Of a stretch of 64,000 bases of DNA, positions 1 through 9,100 are shown piece by piece. Each line of letters starts with the position of its first letter. Within the stretch, counting starts at the first letter, position 1. Both the position numbers and the translations under genes were made by a program. Location of the stretch: contig CAAGDD010000007.1 of the NCBI GenBank assembly GCA_900768545.1, positions 25,709 through 89,708 of the forward strand, given 5' to 3'. The notes beneath the pieces are model-generated. The model was not told where the DNA came from, ran no database searches, and saw only the letters and a program-made list of their open reading frames with translations. This stretch comes from Clostridia bacterium (GTDB lineage Bacteria; Bacillota; Clostridia; Christensenellales; UBA1242).

Positions 1-1
1 T

Positions 2-859
2 TTGGTTATGATTTTCTTTCTTATGCCAAGAGCAATGGTTTCGGCGAAGAGAATCAACGAAGTTTTGGACACTAAAAATGAAATTATTTCGGGCAGCGTG
101 ACCGAAACTGATGCTGACGACACATCTATTGTGTTTGATAATGTTTCGTTTAAATATCCAACTGCTGACGAATATGTTTTGAAAAATATTTCGTTTGTGG
201 CAAATCGAGGTGAAACGATCGCGTTTATTGGCTCAACAGGAAGCGGAAAGAGCACGCTTATCAATCTTATTCCGCGACTTTATGATGTTAGCGAAGGCGC
301 AATTTTGATCGATGGCGTCAATGTAAAAGATTATGACACAAAAGCATTAAACAAAAAGATTGGATATGTTCCACAACGAAGCGTGCTTTTCAAAGGCAGC
401 GTGCGCTCAAACATCGACTTTGGCGACAACAATGCTGACGACCAAACGATAGACGAAGCGCTTGTTACTGCCCAAGCAAAAGACTTTGTTTCGAAAATGG
501 AAAATGGCGTTGACAGCCCGATTGCTCAAGGAGGAACAAATGTTTCGGGCGGGCAAAAACAAAGATTGTCAATCGCAAGAGCGGTTGCGAGAAAACCGGA
601 AATTTTCATTTTTGATGACAGTTTCTCGGCGCTTGATTACAAAACTGACAGAAAACTTCGCACAGCACTCAAAAAACATACAAAAGACTCGACAAAATTT
701 ATTGTTGCACAACGCATTGGAACAATTAAAGATGCAGACAAAATTATTGTGCTTGAAAAAGGAAATATGGTCGGGATCGGCACGCATGACGAACTTTTAA
801 AGACCTGCCCAGTTTATCAAGAGATAGCGTTGTCGCAGTTGTCAAAGGAGGAGTTGTAA
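2..859 (+). CDS. ABC transporter ATP-binding/permease subunit, C-terminal nucleotide-binding part (5' end outside window)
   Basis: The ORF is open at the window edge. It carries Walker A GSTGSGKST, ABC signature VSGGQKQR and Walker B IFIFDDS. Its stop lies 1 nt before the next ABC gene, the typical layout of a heterodimeric exporter. Confidence 0.9.
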   Translation: MVMIFFLMPRAMVSAKRINEVLDTKNEIISGSVTETDADDTSIVFDNVSFKYPTADEYVLKNISFVANRGETIAFIGSTGSGKSTLINLIPRLYDVSEGAILIDGVNVKDYDTKALNKKIGYVPQRSVLFKGSVRSNIDFGDNNADDQTIDEALVTAQAKDFVSKMENGVDSPIAQGGTNVSGGQKQRLSIARAVARKPEIFIFDDSFSALDYKTDRKLRTALKKHTKDSTKFIVAQRIGTIKDADKIIVLEKGNMVGIGTHDELLKTCPVYQEIALSQLSKEEL

Positions 860-860
860 T

Positions 861-2648
861 ATGAAAAAGAAACAAACAAATCCTCAAGCTTTGCCAAAAG
901 GCTCTTTTAAAACATCAATGAAAAAACTTTTAATTTACAGCAAAAAACAATGGGCACTTATGCTTATTGCAATTTTGCTGGGAGCGATCTCTGTTGTGTT
1001 CCAGATTTTGGGACCAATAAAGATCAAAGACATCACAAACATCATCACAAACGGCGTTATGGCGGGTGAAGTTGATGTTGAAGGTGTTATAAAAATCGCA
1101 TTATTCTTGCTGACCATCTATTTGATTGGACTTTTACTTGGATATTTGCAAAATTATCTTTCGACTGTTGTTACTCAAAAAATTGCAAAACGACTTCGCA
1201 GTGATATCAGCAAAAAGATAAACGTTTTGCCATTAAACTATTTTGACAATCATCAATATGGCGACATTTTGAGCCGCGTCACAAACGATGTTGACACGAT
1301 CGGTCAAAGTATGGACGAAAGCATTGCGGGGCTTTTCTCAAACATTTTGTTGTTTGTGGGAGTGTTGATCGCGATGTTTGTCACCGAGTGGATTTTGGCT
1401 CTCACTGTTATTGCAACAACAATTTTGGGCTTTGGTTTTTCAATGATTTTTATGACAAAAGCACAAAAATATTTTGTTCAAAACCAACAAAACATCGGCG
1501 AGCTGAATGCTCACATTGAAGAAAATTATTCAGGACACAATGTTGTGTCGTTGTTCAACGCACAAGAAACAAACGGCAAAGAGTTTAATAGTGTCAACAA
1601 AAAATTGTTAAACTCGGGCAGAAAATCACAATTCATCTCGGGCGTTATGATGCCAATTATGGGCTTTGTTGGAAACTTTGGATATGTCGCTGTTTGTATC
1701 GTTGGGGCGATTTTGGCGAGCAAGCGTGGCGTTGAATATATCGGCGTAATTTCGGCGTTTATGATTTATGTTCGACTCTTTTCAAATCCTCTTTCTCAAA
1801 TCGCGCAGTCGCTCACAAGACTTCAATCGACTTCGGCGGCAAGTTTGAGAGTGTTTGAATTTTTGGAAGAAAAAGAAATGTCTAATGAGTCAAACAAAAC
1901 TGACCAAAAGATCAAAGTTAAAGGTGATGTCTCGTTTGAACATGTTAAATTTGGCTATAATGAAGATCAAGTCATAATCAAAGACTTCTCGGCTGACGTA
2001 AAAGCGGGACAGAAGGTTGCGATCGTCGGGCCGACCGGTGCTGGAAAAACCACTTTGGTAAACCTTTTGATGAGATTTTATGAAATAAATGACGGGGATA
2101 TCAAAGTTGATGGTGTTTCGACAAAAAGTATGCGACGCAGTGATGTGCACGCGATGTTTGGAATGGTGCTTCAAGATACTTGGCTTTTCCAAGGAACAAT
2201 TAAAGAAAACTTGAGATACAACAATTTAGCTGCGACAGACGACCAAATCGTTGAAGCGTGCAAGCAAGTTGGAGTTAATCACTTTATTCAAACCTTGCCA
2301 GAAGGTTATAACACTATGGTTGATGACTCAATCAATTTGTCAGCAGGACAAAAACAACTTTTGACTATCGCGCGAACAATGATAGAAAATCGCCCTATGA
2401 TGATTTTGGACGAAGCGACAAGTTCGGTTGATACTCGAACAGAAATTTTGCTTCAACAAGCAATGGATAAAGTTATGGAAGGTCGAACTTCATTTATTAT
2501 TGCTCACAGATTGTCAACAATCAAAAACGCAGACAAGATTTTTGTGCTTAAAGACGGTGATATTGTTGAAAGTGGAAATCACGAAGAATTGCTTGAAAAG
2601 GGCGGATTTTATGCCGAACTTTACAATAGTCAATTTGAAGAAGAATAA
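861..2648 (+). CDS. ABC transporter fused permease/ATP-binding subunit (MdlB/type-1 exporter-like)
   Basis: 595 aa. The N-terminal half is a hydrophobic six-helix-type region. The C-terminal half has Walker A GPTGAGKTT, signature LSAGQKQLL and Walker B MMILDEATS. Confidence 0.9.
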   Translation: MKKKQTNPQALPKGSFKTSMKKLLIYSKKQWALMLIAILLGAISVVFQILGPIKIKDITNIITNGVMAGEVDVEGVIKIALFLLTIYLIGLLLGYLQNYLSTVVTQKIAKRLRSDISKKINVLPLNYFDNHQYGDILSRVTNDVDTIGQSMDESIAGLFSNILLFVGVLIAMFVTEWILALTVIATTILGFGFSMIFMTKAQKYFVQNQQNIGELNAHIEENYSGHNVVSLFNAQETNGKEFNSVNKKLLNSGRKSQFISGVMMPIMGFVGNFGYVAVCIVGAILASKRGVEYIGVISAFMIYVRLFSNPLSQIAQSLTRLQSTSAASLRVFEFLEEKEMSNESNKTDQKIKVKGDVSFEHVKFGYNEDQVIIKDFSADVKAGQKVAIVGPTGAGKTTLVNLLMRFYEINDGDIKVDGVSTKSMRRSDVHAMFGMVLQDTWLFQGTIKENLRYNNLAATDDQIVEACKQVGVNHFIQTLPEGYNTMVDDSINLSAGQKQLLTIARTMIENRPMMILDEATSSVDTRTEILLQQAMDKVMEGRTSFIIAHRLSTIKNADKIFVLKDGDIVESGNHEELLEKGGFYAELYNSQFEEE

Positions 2649-2675
2649 AACAAAAATTAAAAAAATGTTAGAAAT

Positions 2676-2699
2676 ACAGGCAAAAATGCCTGTTTTTTT
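2676..2699 (+). terminator. Rho-independent terminator after the ABC pair
   Basis: Stem ACAGGCA / TGCCTGT with loop AAAA, followed by a T-run. Confidence 0.75.
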
Positions 2700-2762
2700 C
2701 TTATTTTTAAATGATTTTTTGTAATTTTGTTTATAAAAATGTATTTTTGCAAAAATTTTATT

Positions 2763-3419
2763 ATGGATTTTGTGCTGCTGGCATTTGTAATATTATTTTT
2801 TTTGAAAGGTTTTTGCAAAGGTTTTGCAAACATTATTTTTTCACTTTTATCCACAGTTTTTATATTTTCAATATCAATAAAATTTTGTCAACAACTTGGA
2901 CAAATATTGCAAAACGCAAATTTATTTGATTTTGAAGGGGCGGTTTCAAAAGTTTTAAATTCGATATCAACTCAAACTTTTTCAAGTGTTGATGAAGTAA
3001 GTGGAACGTTAAATTCGAATGTGATTTTAAGTGTGTTTTTGAAAAAACTTTTGTCAAACATTACCTTCGACGGAGAAATGACGCTTGCGCAAATTTTTGC
3101 GCCAACACTCAACGTGTTGATTTTTAAAATTCTTGCGTTTGTGCTGATTTATTTTGTGAGTGTCGTGATCTTTAAATTTTTTGGCGTGATTTTGTCAAAA
3201 ATGCTCAAAAAACTCAAACTTGGAGTTTCAAACAAGTTATGGGGCGGTGTTGTCGGGCTTTTGAAAGGTATGATTGTGTTTTCGATAGTTTATGCGGTCG
3301 TTTTAAACATTGGAAATATACTTTTAAATGAAAATATGATTGCTTTTTGCAATCAAGGTGTGATCTCAAAGTTTTTGTATAACAATTTTACAGAAAAAAT
3401 AATCAGTCTGTTTTATTAG
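2763..3419 (+). CDS. cvpA: CvpA-family membrane protein
   Basis: The N terminus MDFVLLAFVILFFLKGFCKGF and multiple TM helices resemble colicin V production protein family members. Start chosen at the internal ATG 2763 rather than the ORF-track start 2727. Confidence 0.55.
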   Translation: MDFVLLAFVILFFLKGFCKGFANIIFSLLSTVFIFSISIKFCQQLGQILQNANLFDFEGAVSKVLNSISTQTFSSVDEVSGTLNSNVILSVFLKKLLSNITFDGEMTLAQIFAPTLNVLIFKILAFVLIYFVSVVIFKFFGVILSKMLKKLKLGVSNKLWGGVVGLLKGMIVFSIVYAVVLNIGNILLNENMIAFCNQGVISKFLYNNFTEKIISLFY

Positions 3420-3430
3420 ACTGATTTTTT
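3402..3430 (+). terminator. Rho-independent terminator overlapping the cvpA stop
   Basis: Stem ATCAGTCT / AGACTGAT (3402-3409 / 3418-3425) followed by TTTTT. Confidence 0.7.
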
Positions 3431-3575
3431 GATATTTGTATGGTGTTTAATTAAATTGTATTTGTCAAAATGTTACTTTGATGCTTTTGATTTGCTCTTT
3501 TTAAATTTGTGACAAAGTTTATAAAACAAAGCGTCGAATTACATTTAGGGTTTGATCAAATTGTTTTGCTGTAGT

Positions 3576-3800
3576 TTACAATTCGATCAAAACTCTATCT
3601 TTTGTGATTTTGATATTTTCAAAGCCTTCGCTTTGTGCGTTTTCGTCATCTTGAGTTATTTCGTCATTTTTCTTTTTTGTGTCGTCAGTTTTGCGTTTAA
3701 GGTGAACCATAATAGGAATTTGGACTATTATTGCTACAACAAAAATTGCAATCAACACAAATGAAGCTATTTGAAAAGCGCTATATTTTTTGTTTTTCAT
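3576..3800 (-). CDS. Small single-pass membrane protein in the position of divIC/ftsB downstream of yabP-yabQ
   Basis: ATG at 3800 is preceded by AAGGAAAG. One TM helix (FQIASFVLIAIFVVAIIVQIPIM) is followed by a charged tail. The function is assigned only from the gene order yabP-yabQ-divIC known in B. subtilis. Confidence 0.4.
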   Translation of the reverse strand: MKNKKYSAFQIASFVLIAIFVVAIIVQIPIMVHLKRKTDDTKKKNDEITQDDENAQSEGFENIKITKDRVLIEL

Positions 3801-4125
3801 TTTTTCTTTCCTTGATGATATTGTAGCATTTTGCGATAGGTTTGGCAAGAAAATTTTGTGAGAAAAAGCGTTCAATAACAAAAGAAAGTGAAAATCCTAA
3901 AATACAAAAAAATCTTATTTCTCCAAAATTATATTTTAAATTTAAGAAAAAACACGCAAAAAATGTTAAAAAAATGCAAAAAAAGTCAAAAAAATGTGCA
4001 AAAATTCGTTTTTTCTTTATTTTAAAAAGAAAAATTTGTTTTAAATCAAACAAAAATCCGCATAAAAATCCACCGAAAGAAATATAACAAAATGTTAATA
4101 TTTGTTTGCTTGTTTCATAAAGCAT
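3781..4125 (-). CDS. yabQ: Spore cortex biosynthesis protein YabQ-like membrane protein
   Basis: Small polytopic protein with the YabQ-type pattern FGGFLCGFLFD ... FFDFF ... NFGEIRFF. Its start overlaps the yabP stop by 1 nt. Confidence 0.65.
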   Translation of the reverse strand: MLYETSKQILTFCYISFGGFLCGFLFDLKQIFLFKIKKKRIFAHFFDFFCIFLTFFACFFLNLKYNFGEIRFFCILGFSLSFVIERFFSQNFLAKPIAKCYNIIKERKNEKQKI

Positions 4126-4373
4126 TATTTAAACAGCCTTTTAATTAGTCCAACTTTTTCTGGTTTGTTTGAATATTTCAAACTTGAAAATTCACCGGCA
4201 AAACAAACTTCTTTGTTTTCAAGATCCAATTTTGTTACTTCAATGTTGCTTCCGCTCAAAATCAAATTGTTTTTGTCAATTTCAACAACAGCTTGATTTG
4301 CGGTTGAAGAAACAATTTTTGTTGCGCCTTTTATTGTGACTTTTTTGCGGTCTTCGATATAAACACTTTCCAT
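4125..4373 (-). CDS. yabP: Sporulation protein YabP
   Basis: 82 aa from MESVYIEDRKKVTIKG to GLIKRLFK, resembling B. subtilis YabP including the C-terminal motif. AGGAGA lies upstream of ATG 4373. The ORF-track start 4439 is rejected. Confidence 0.8.
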   Translation of the reverse strand: MESVYIEDRKKVTIKGATKIVSSTANQAVVEIDKNNLILSGSNIEVTKLDLENKEVCFAGEFSSLKYSNKPEKVGLIKRLFK

Positions 4374-4424
4374 ACAATCTCCTATTTGTTTGCTTTTAGC
4401 AAAAAGATTATGTATAATATGTTT

Positions 4425-5240
4425 ATGATTAAAAAACAAGTTTTAGTAGATAAAGATAAAAAAATTGATAGATTGCTTCAAGATTTCGGCTTTTCTTATG
4501 CCGATGTGCAAAAAATGTTGCGAAATAAAGATGTTCGCGTCAATGGCGTAGCACAAAAACAAAATGTTTCTGTTTTTGCGGGCGATGAGGTGACTTTTTA
4601 TTATTCACAAGATATGCTTCAAAAAAAATATAAAAAGATTTTTGAAAGTGACAATGTTCTTGTGATTTACAAATACAACGGCATAGAAACTGAAGGCGAA
4701 AACGGGCTTGAAGGCGTTTTGAAAGCAAAAGCAGTGCACCGCCTTGACCGAAACACCGAAGGATTGATGGTTTTCGCCAAAAATGACAAATCGGCAAAGA
4801 TTTTGGAAAATGCGTTTAAAAATCATATTGTTCACAAATTTTATGTTGCGGAAGTTGTTGGAAAACTTGACACAAATCAAACATACAAAGCGTATCTTTT
4901 GAAAGATAAAGAAAATGCTCAAGTCAAAATTTTTAAAAATCCAACTAAAGGTGCTGTCGAGATTCAAACAAAAGTGAAAACTTTGAAATGTTCGCCTGTA
5001 AGTTCGCTTTTGGAAATTGAATTGTTGACCGGGAAAACTCATCAAATTCGTGCTCACTTGGCGTATCTTGGATATCCAATAATTGGCGATGGAAAATATG
5101 GAAAAAACGAAATTAACAAAAAATTTAAAGAAAAAACGCAAAAATTGGGCTGTTTTAAGTTAATTTTTGAAAAAATAGGAATTTTTGAGCTCGATGGAAA
5201 GTGTTTTGAAGAAAAACCAAAGTGGTTTGTTTTGAAATAA
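4425..5240 (+). CDS. RluA-family pseudouridine synthase with N-terminal S4-like domain
   Basis: Catalytic motif HRLDRNTEGLMVFAKN and C-terminal GKTHQIRAHLAYLGYPIIGDGKYG. Start set at ATG 4425, downstream of a TATAAT-like box. Confidence 0.85.
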   Translation: MIKKQVLVDKDKKIDRLLQDFGFSYADVQKMLRNKDVRVNGVAQKQNVSVFAGDEVTFYYSQDMLQKKYKKIFESDNVLVIYKYNGIETEGENGLEGVLKAKAVHRLDRNTEGLMVFAKNDKSAKILENAFKNHIVHKFYVAEVVGKLDTNQTYKAYLLKDKENAQVKIFKNPTKGAVEIQTKVKTLKCSPVSSLLEIELLTGKTHQIRAHLAYLGYPIIGDGKYGKNEINKKFKEKTQKLGCFKLIFEKIGIFELDGKCFEEKPKWFVLK

Positions 5241-5260
5241 TTTTGTGACAAAAAATAAAA

Positions 5261-5294
5261 GTCTTTCATACAAAATGTTATGAAAGATTTTTTT
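5261..5294 (+). terminator. Rho-independent terminator after the pseudouridine synthase gene
   Basis: 9-bp stem TCTTTCATA (5262-5270) / TATGAAAGA (5279-5287), 8-nt loop, then T7. The 3' arm contains ATG 5280 of the next ORF. Confidence 0.75.
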
Positions 5295-5741
5295 AAAACC
5301 AATTCTTATTATGAAGGATTGATTCAAAATTTGCTGGGTGGGAGCAAAGGTTGTTTTTCAGTCTTTATGCATTTTTTCTATCAATACAATCAAAGTCGAG
5401 TGTTTTTTGACGACTGGGCGCCATGTTTTAAGACGCTTTTTGAAAAAGAACTTGAAAATTGCCAAATTTTGAGTGAACTTATTTTAAAACTTGGTGGCGA
5501 CAACAAATATTTTTCATCTTCACGAAAATTTTTGTCAGGAAACAATATTGAATATCTTAAAAACAGTTCAAAAATCTTTCTTTTGGACGTCGAACTTTTG
5601 GAAATTGGTGTTTTGGAAACAAAAAGTTTGATAAATAAAATAGAAGATGGTGATATAAGATTTTTCTTAAATTTGATATTAAAAAACAAAAAGCAAGAAT
5701 TAAAAATATTGAAAGAAAATTATTTTAAAATTCAAAAATAA
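5280..5741 (+). CDS. Ferritin-like four-helix-bundle protein, degenerate Mn-catalase/CotJC-like
   Basis: LIQNLLGGSKGCFSVFMHFFYQY and KELENCQILSELILKLGG resemble the LGG-GELS-YxxQ and EExxH helices of the CotJC/Mn-catalase family, but the canonical Glu/His ligands appear to be replaced. No obvious SD. Confidence 0.45.
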   Translation: MKDFFKTNSYYEGLIQNLLGGSKGCFSVFMHFFYQYNQSRVFFDDWAPCFKTLFEKELENCQILSELILKLGGDNKYFSSSRKFLSGNNIEYLKNSSKIFLLDVELLEIGVLETKSLINKIEDGDIRFFLNLILKNKKQELKILKENYFKIQK

Positions 5742-5929
5742 TTGAAAAATACGAAAAAATATTGATTTTTTTAATAAAAATTGATTTTTTGATGATTTTT
5801 TATTATTTTTTTAAAAAATTAAATATTCCCCATATTATCTAGCAGAAAAACATTTTTAAAATTTTTTAAAATGAATTTTTGCTATTTTTTTATTATTTTA
5901 TATAATATTTATTTTCTTTTGATTTTTAT

Positions 5930-5959
5930 TTGATAAATTGACAAAAAAAGTGTTAAAAT
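5930..5959 (+). promoter_or_regulatory. Candidate sigma-A-type promoter of giant lipoprotein gene
   Basis: TTGATA (5930-5935), 18-nt spacer, then TGtTAAAAT extended -10 (5951-5959). The -10 context TAAAATAAT is shared with the second giant gene. Confidence 0.35.
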
Positions 5960-6074
5960 AATCATAGATTATTAAGCTCAAAATTTGACGCAATTTTTAA
6001 TGTGACATTTTAATCAAATTTACACTTATTTCAAAGTTTGCAAAATTTGCGAATTTTTAAGAAGAGAGGAAATT

Positions 6075-6143
6075 ATGAAGAAGATCAATATTTTTGTTTT
6101 GTCTATTCTTACTTTGTTTTTTGGAGTTGCGCTCAGTGCGTGC
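6075..6143 (+). other. Lipoprotein signal peptide with lipobox L-S-A-C
   Basis: Basic N terminus, hydrophobic core, and ALSAC with Cys at residue 23. Confidence 0.8.
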
Positions 6144-9100
6144 TCATTTAAAAACCCAGAAGTCGAATTTACTTCAAACGAACTTGTTTTGACTATTGGC
6201 GAACAAGTTAACTTGAGGGACTATATCAGTGCAAAGCAAGTTGAGAAAGAAGATGTTGAATTTAGAATTTCAAACACCACAATGTTTGATATTGATTCTT
6301 CTTCAATCAAAGCCAAAAAGTCGGGCAAAGCTATGGTTTATGCTACATATCAAAAAAATACGCTTGCTTCAATGAGTGTCGTTGTTAAAAAATCTTTTGA
6401 AGCACCTCGCGACTTCGCGCTCGACGATCAAGGAAATCTTACTTGGCAGGCTTGCTATGCTTATCTTGAAAACGAAACAGTGCCAACAAAAGCAGAAAGT
6501 TATTTGGTGAACGGAACTTGCAAGATTTACTCTCCAACTGATGCGACAGAAGTTGTTGAAACAAAAACGATTGAAGAAACCGTTTTGGAAAACAAATTTA
6601 AATTGCCTTATCAAGGTGAATACACTTTGACAGTAAAGGCGCTTAAAAGTGGATATTTTGATGAGAGCTTGACTTCAAGCGCTTACACATTTTTGTATGG
6701 GAGTGTTGACAAAGCACAAAACTTGACTTGGACAGCTGACGGAACTTTGACTTGGGACGCTGTCGCAGGTGCAAAATATAAAGTTTCGGTCGATGAATAT
6801 GTTTTGAACGATTTTCAAACCCAAACAACAAAAGACCTTTCAAGTTATTTTGAAAATTTGTCGGCAGGAGATCATGAAATTAAAGTTTTGACTTTTGATA
6901 GCAGCGAACAAAAAATTCCAAACAAAAGTGACGCGATTGTTGTAACAAAACTTCAAAAAGCACAAGCGCAATATCAAGAAGACGGCACAATCAAAATTTC
7001 TTCGACAGAAAATGTTGAAAAATTTAAAGTTGTTTTGACGGCTCAAAACGACAGAAAAGAAGTTGTGCTTACAGCTGATCAAAATCAAGCAACAACAAAT
7101 TTTGCTGGGCTTGATAGCAAGATTTATTCAATAAAAGTGTTTGTTCAAAACGAAAGTGGAAACTTTTATAGCAGTGACGCTTTGGAATTTGGAAAAATTT
7201 ACAAATTGCCAAAAATTTCATTGAGTGGCAGTGGAAATAATGCAGAAAACGGAACATCAATTTCGCTTGTTGCAAGTGCAAATGAAAGTTTGTTTGCGAC
7301 AAAGTTTAAAGTGATTGGACTTGATGTTGAAAAAGAAGGATTTGCAAAAGAAGAGTTGAAAAAGACTTTTGATTTGACACTTGAAACTGCTCAAAAAACA
7401 AACATCAAAGTCACACAAATTGCTCAATCTCAACAAAACGAACTTGACGGCGAAAATATTTGTGTTGTTTCATCGGACGAAAGTGATGTTATGTCTTTGA
7501 CAAAACTTGCAGACTTTGAAAATACACCTATTCATAGCGTTGAAAACGAAAAGTCAGTTTTGGCTTTTGATTTGATTGAAAATGTGGCTGCCTATGAAAT
7601 TTATTTGAAAAATGGTGAACAAACTTTTGAAAAAATCGACGAAGCAAAATATTCGATTGACCTTGAAAATCACAAAATTGTTTTTGTCGATAAAATTGAA
7701 AACTTATTTGCTTCAATTCTAGAAAACGGGAACAAATATTTTGAATTTAAACTTGTTGCAAAAACTGCTGACGATACCACAGCAATCAATTCTTCGATCG
7801 AAAAAAGTGTTCAACTTTTGGCTGCTCCACAGTCTGCTGGCAGTGGAAACTCAACAAACAAAACTTACTCTTGGGCAGAAGTTTTTGGTGCTAGCGGATA
7901 TAAATTTGGATATTTAAAACTTTCAAAAGAAGAGTTTGATTTGTATCAATCTAGTCAAATAATTCCAGAAAGAGAAATGACTTTTGCGACCGTTTCGACA
8001 AATTCGTTTGAGTTTGAAGAAGTGGGATACTATCTTGTCAAAATCTTCGCGATCTCTGCTGATCAAAATCTTTATATTTCATCTTTAGACAGCCTTGACG
8101 AAGCGTTTTTTGTTGCAAAACAACTTCAATCTCCAGACGCAGTTTTAGGAAAAAATGAAAGTGGATATTTTGTTAAGATAACCCAAGTTGATGATGCTGA
8201 CGAATATCAAATCACAGTTACTGGCGGCGCGGGCGAAACACACAAGGTTTCAAAGGGTGAGCAAGCACAATTTGTTTATCCACTTTCTGAAAATTTTGAA
8301 AATGGCGACTACACAATTTCAATTACAGCAAAAGCAAACGATGAAGTGATTTTCAATGCATCAAACGAAAAAACTTTGACTGTTAAAAGACTTGCAAAAG
8401 TCGGTTTTAATGATATCGACATTGACGCTCTCACAAGCCAAGTAAAAGTTGAAGCAAAAGAAGGAATTTCGACAATTTCGATTGTTGACAACACTAGCGG
8501 CGATAGTTGTGTTAAAGACGGCGTAGACGCAATTTTGCCAATCAAAAACAAATCAAATTTCGAACTCGAAATTCAACTTTTCGGTTCAAAACTCAAATCT
8601 GACAACACCTTTGCCGGCGAAACAATTTATCTTGACAGCGATAAGAATGTTTTGAAGTTTACAAGACTTGTGACCCCAACCGAACTTCAATATTATGAAA
8701 ACAAATTGACATTCACTCATGCAACTCGCGGCGAATATTATATGGTTGATTTTGTTTGCAAAACTGTTGACGAGACCAAATTCAATATCACAATTGGGCT
8801 CGACGCTGTTCCTTTCGCGATTGTTGATGCCGTGAAAATGCCTTTGACCGATCTCGACGGCGCAGAAATCATTTCAATTTCGGGCAGCAACGTTTCCATC
8901 GATATTTCAGTTTTGACAGAATATATAAAAAATTCGACTCTTTTGAAAGATGTTTATCAAAGAGCACACACAATCGGCTTTGAAGTGACTTCTTACAAAA
9001 AAGAAATCAATTCGGCAAACACAATGATTTTGTCTTCACTCGCAGCGACAACAAAAGCTGACGCGACCAAGACCACTTTGTATATTGAAAAAATGCAAAC

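Noticed and set aside
462-800. Overlapping alternative-frame ORFs within the ABC transporter genes (462-800 +, 569-787 -, 1890-2192 -).
   Set aside because: They are nested in genes with unmistakable Walker and ABC signature motifs, and they carry no independent signals.
2847-2855. Perfect DnaA-box 9-mers TTATCCACA at 2847-2855, 34654-34662 and 54518-54526, as a hint of oriC.
   Set aside because: All three lie inside CDSs, tens of kb apart. No cluster of boxes lies next to an AT-rich unwinding element, and dnaA/dnaN are not in the window.
4605-5141. A 178-aa antisense ORF inside the pseudouridine synthase gene, and a 179-aa antisense ORF at 25804-26343 inside trpS.
   Set aside because: The sense strand encodes clearly recognisable conserved enzymes. 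The antisense products are low-complexity and motif-free.
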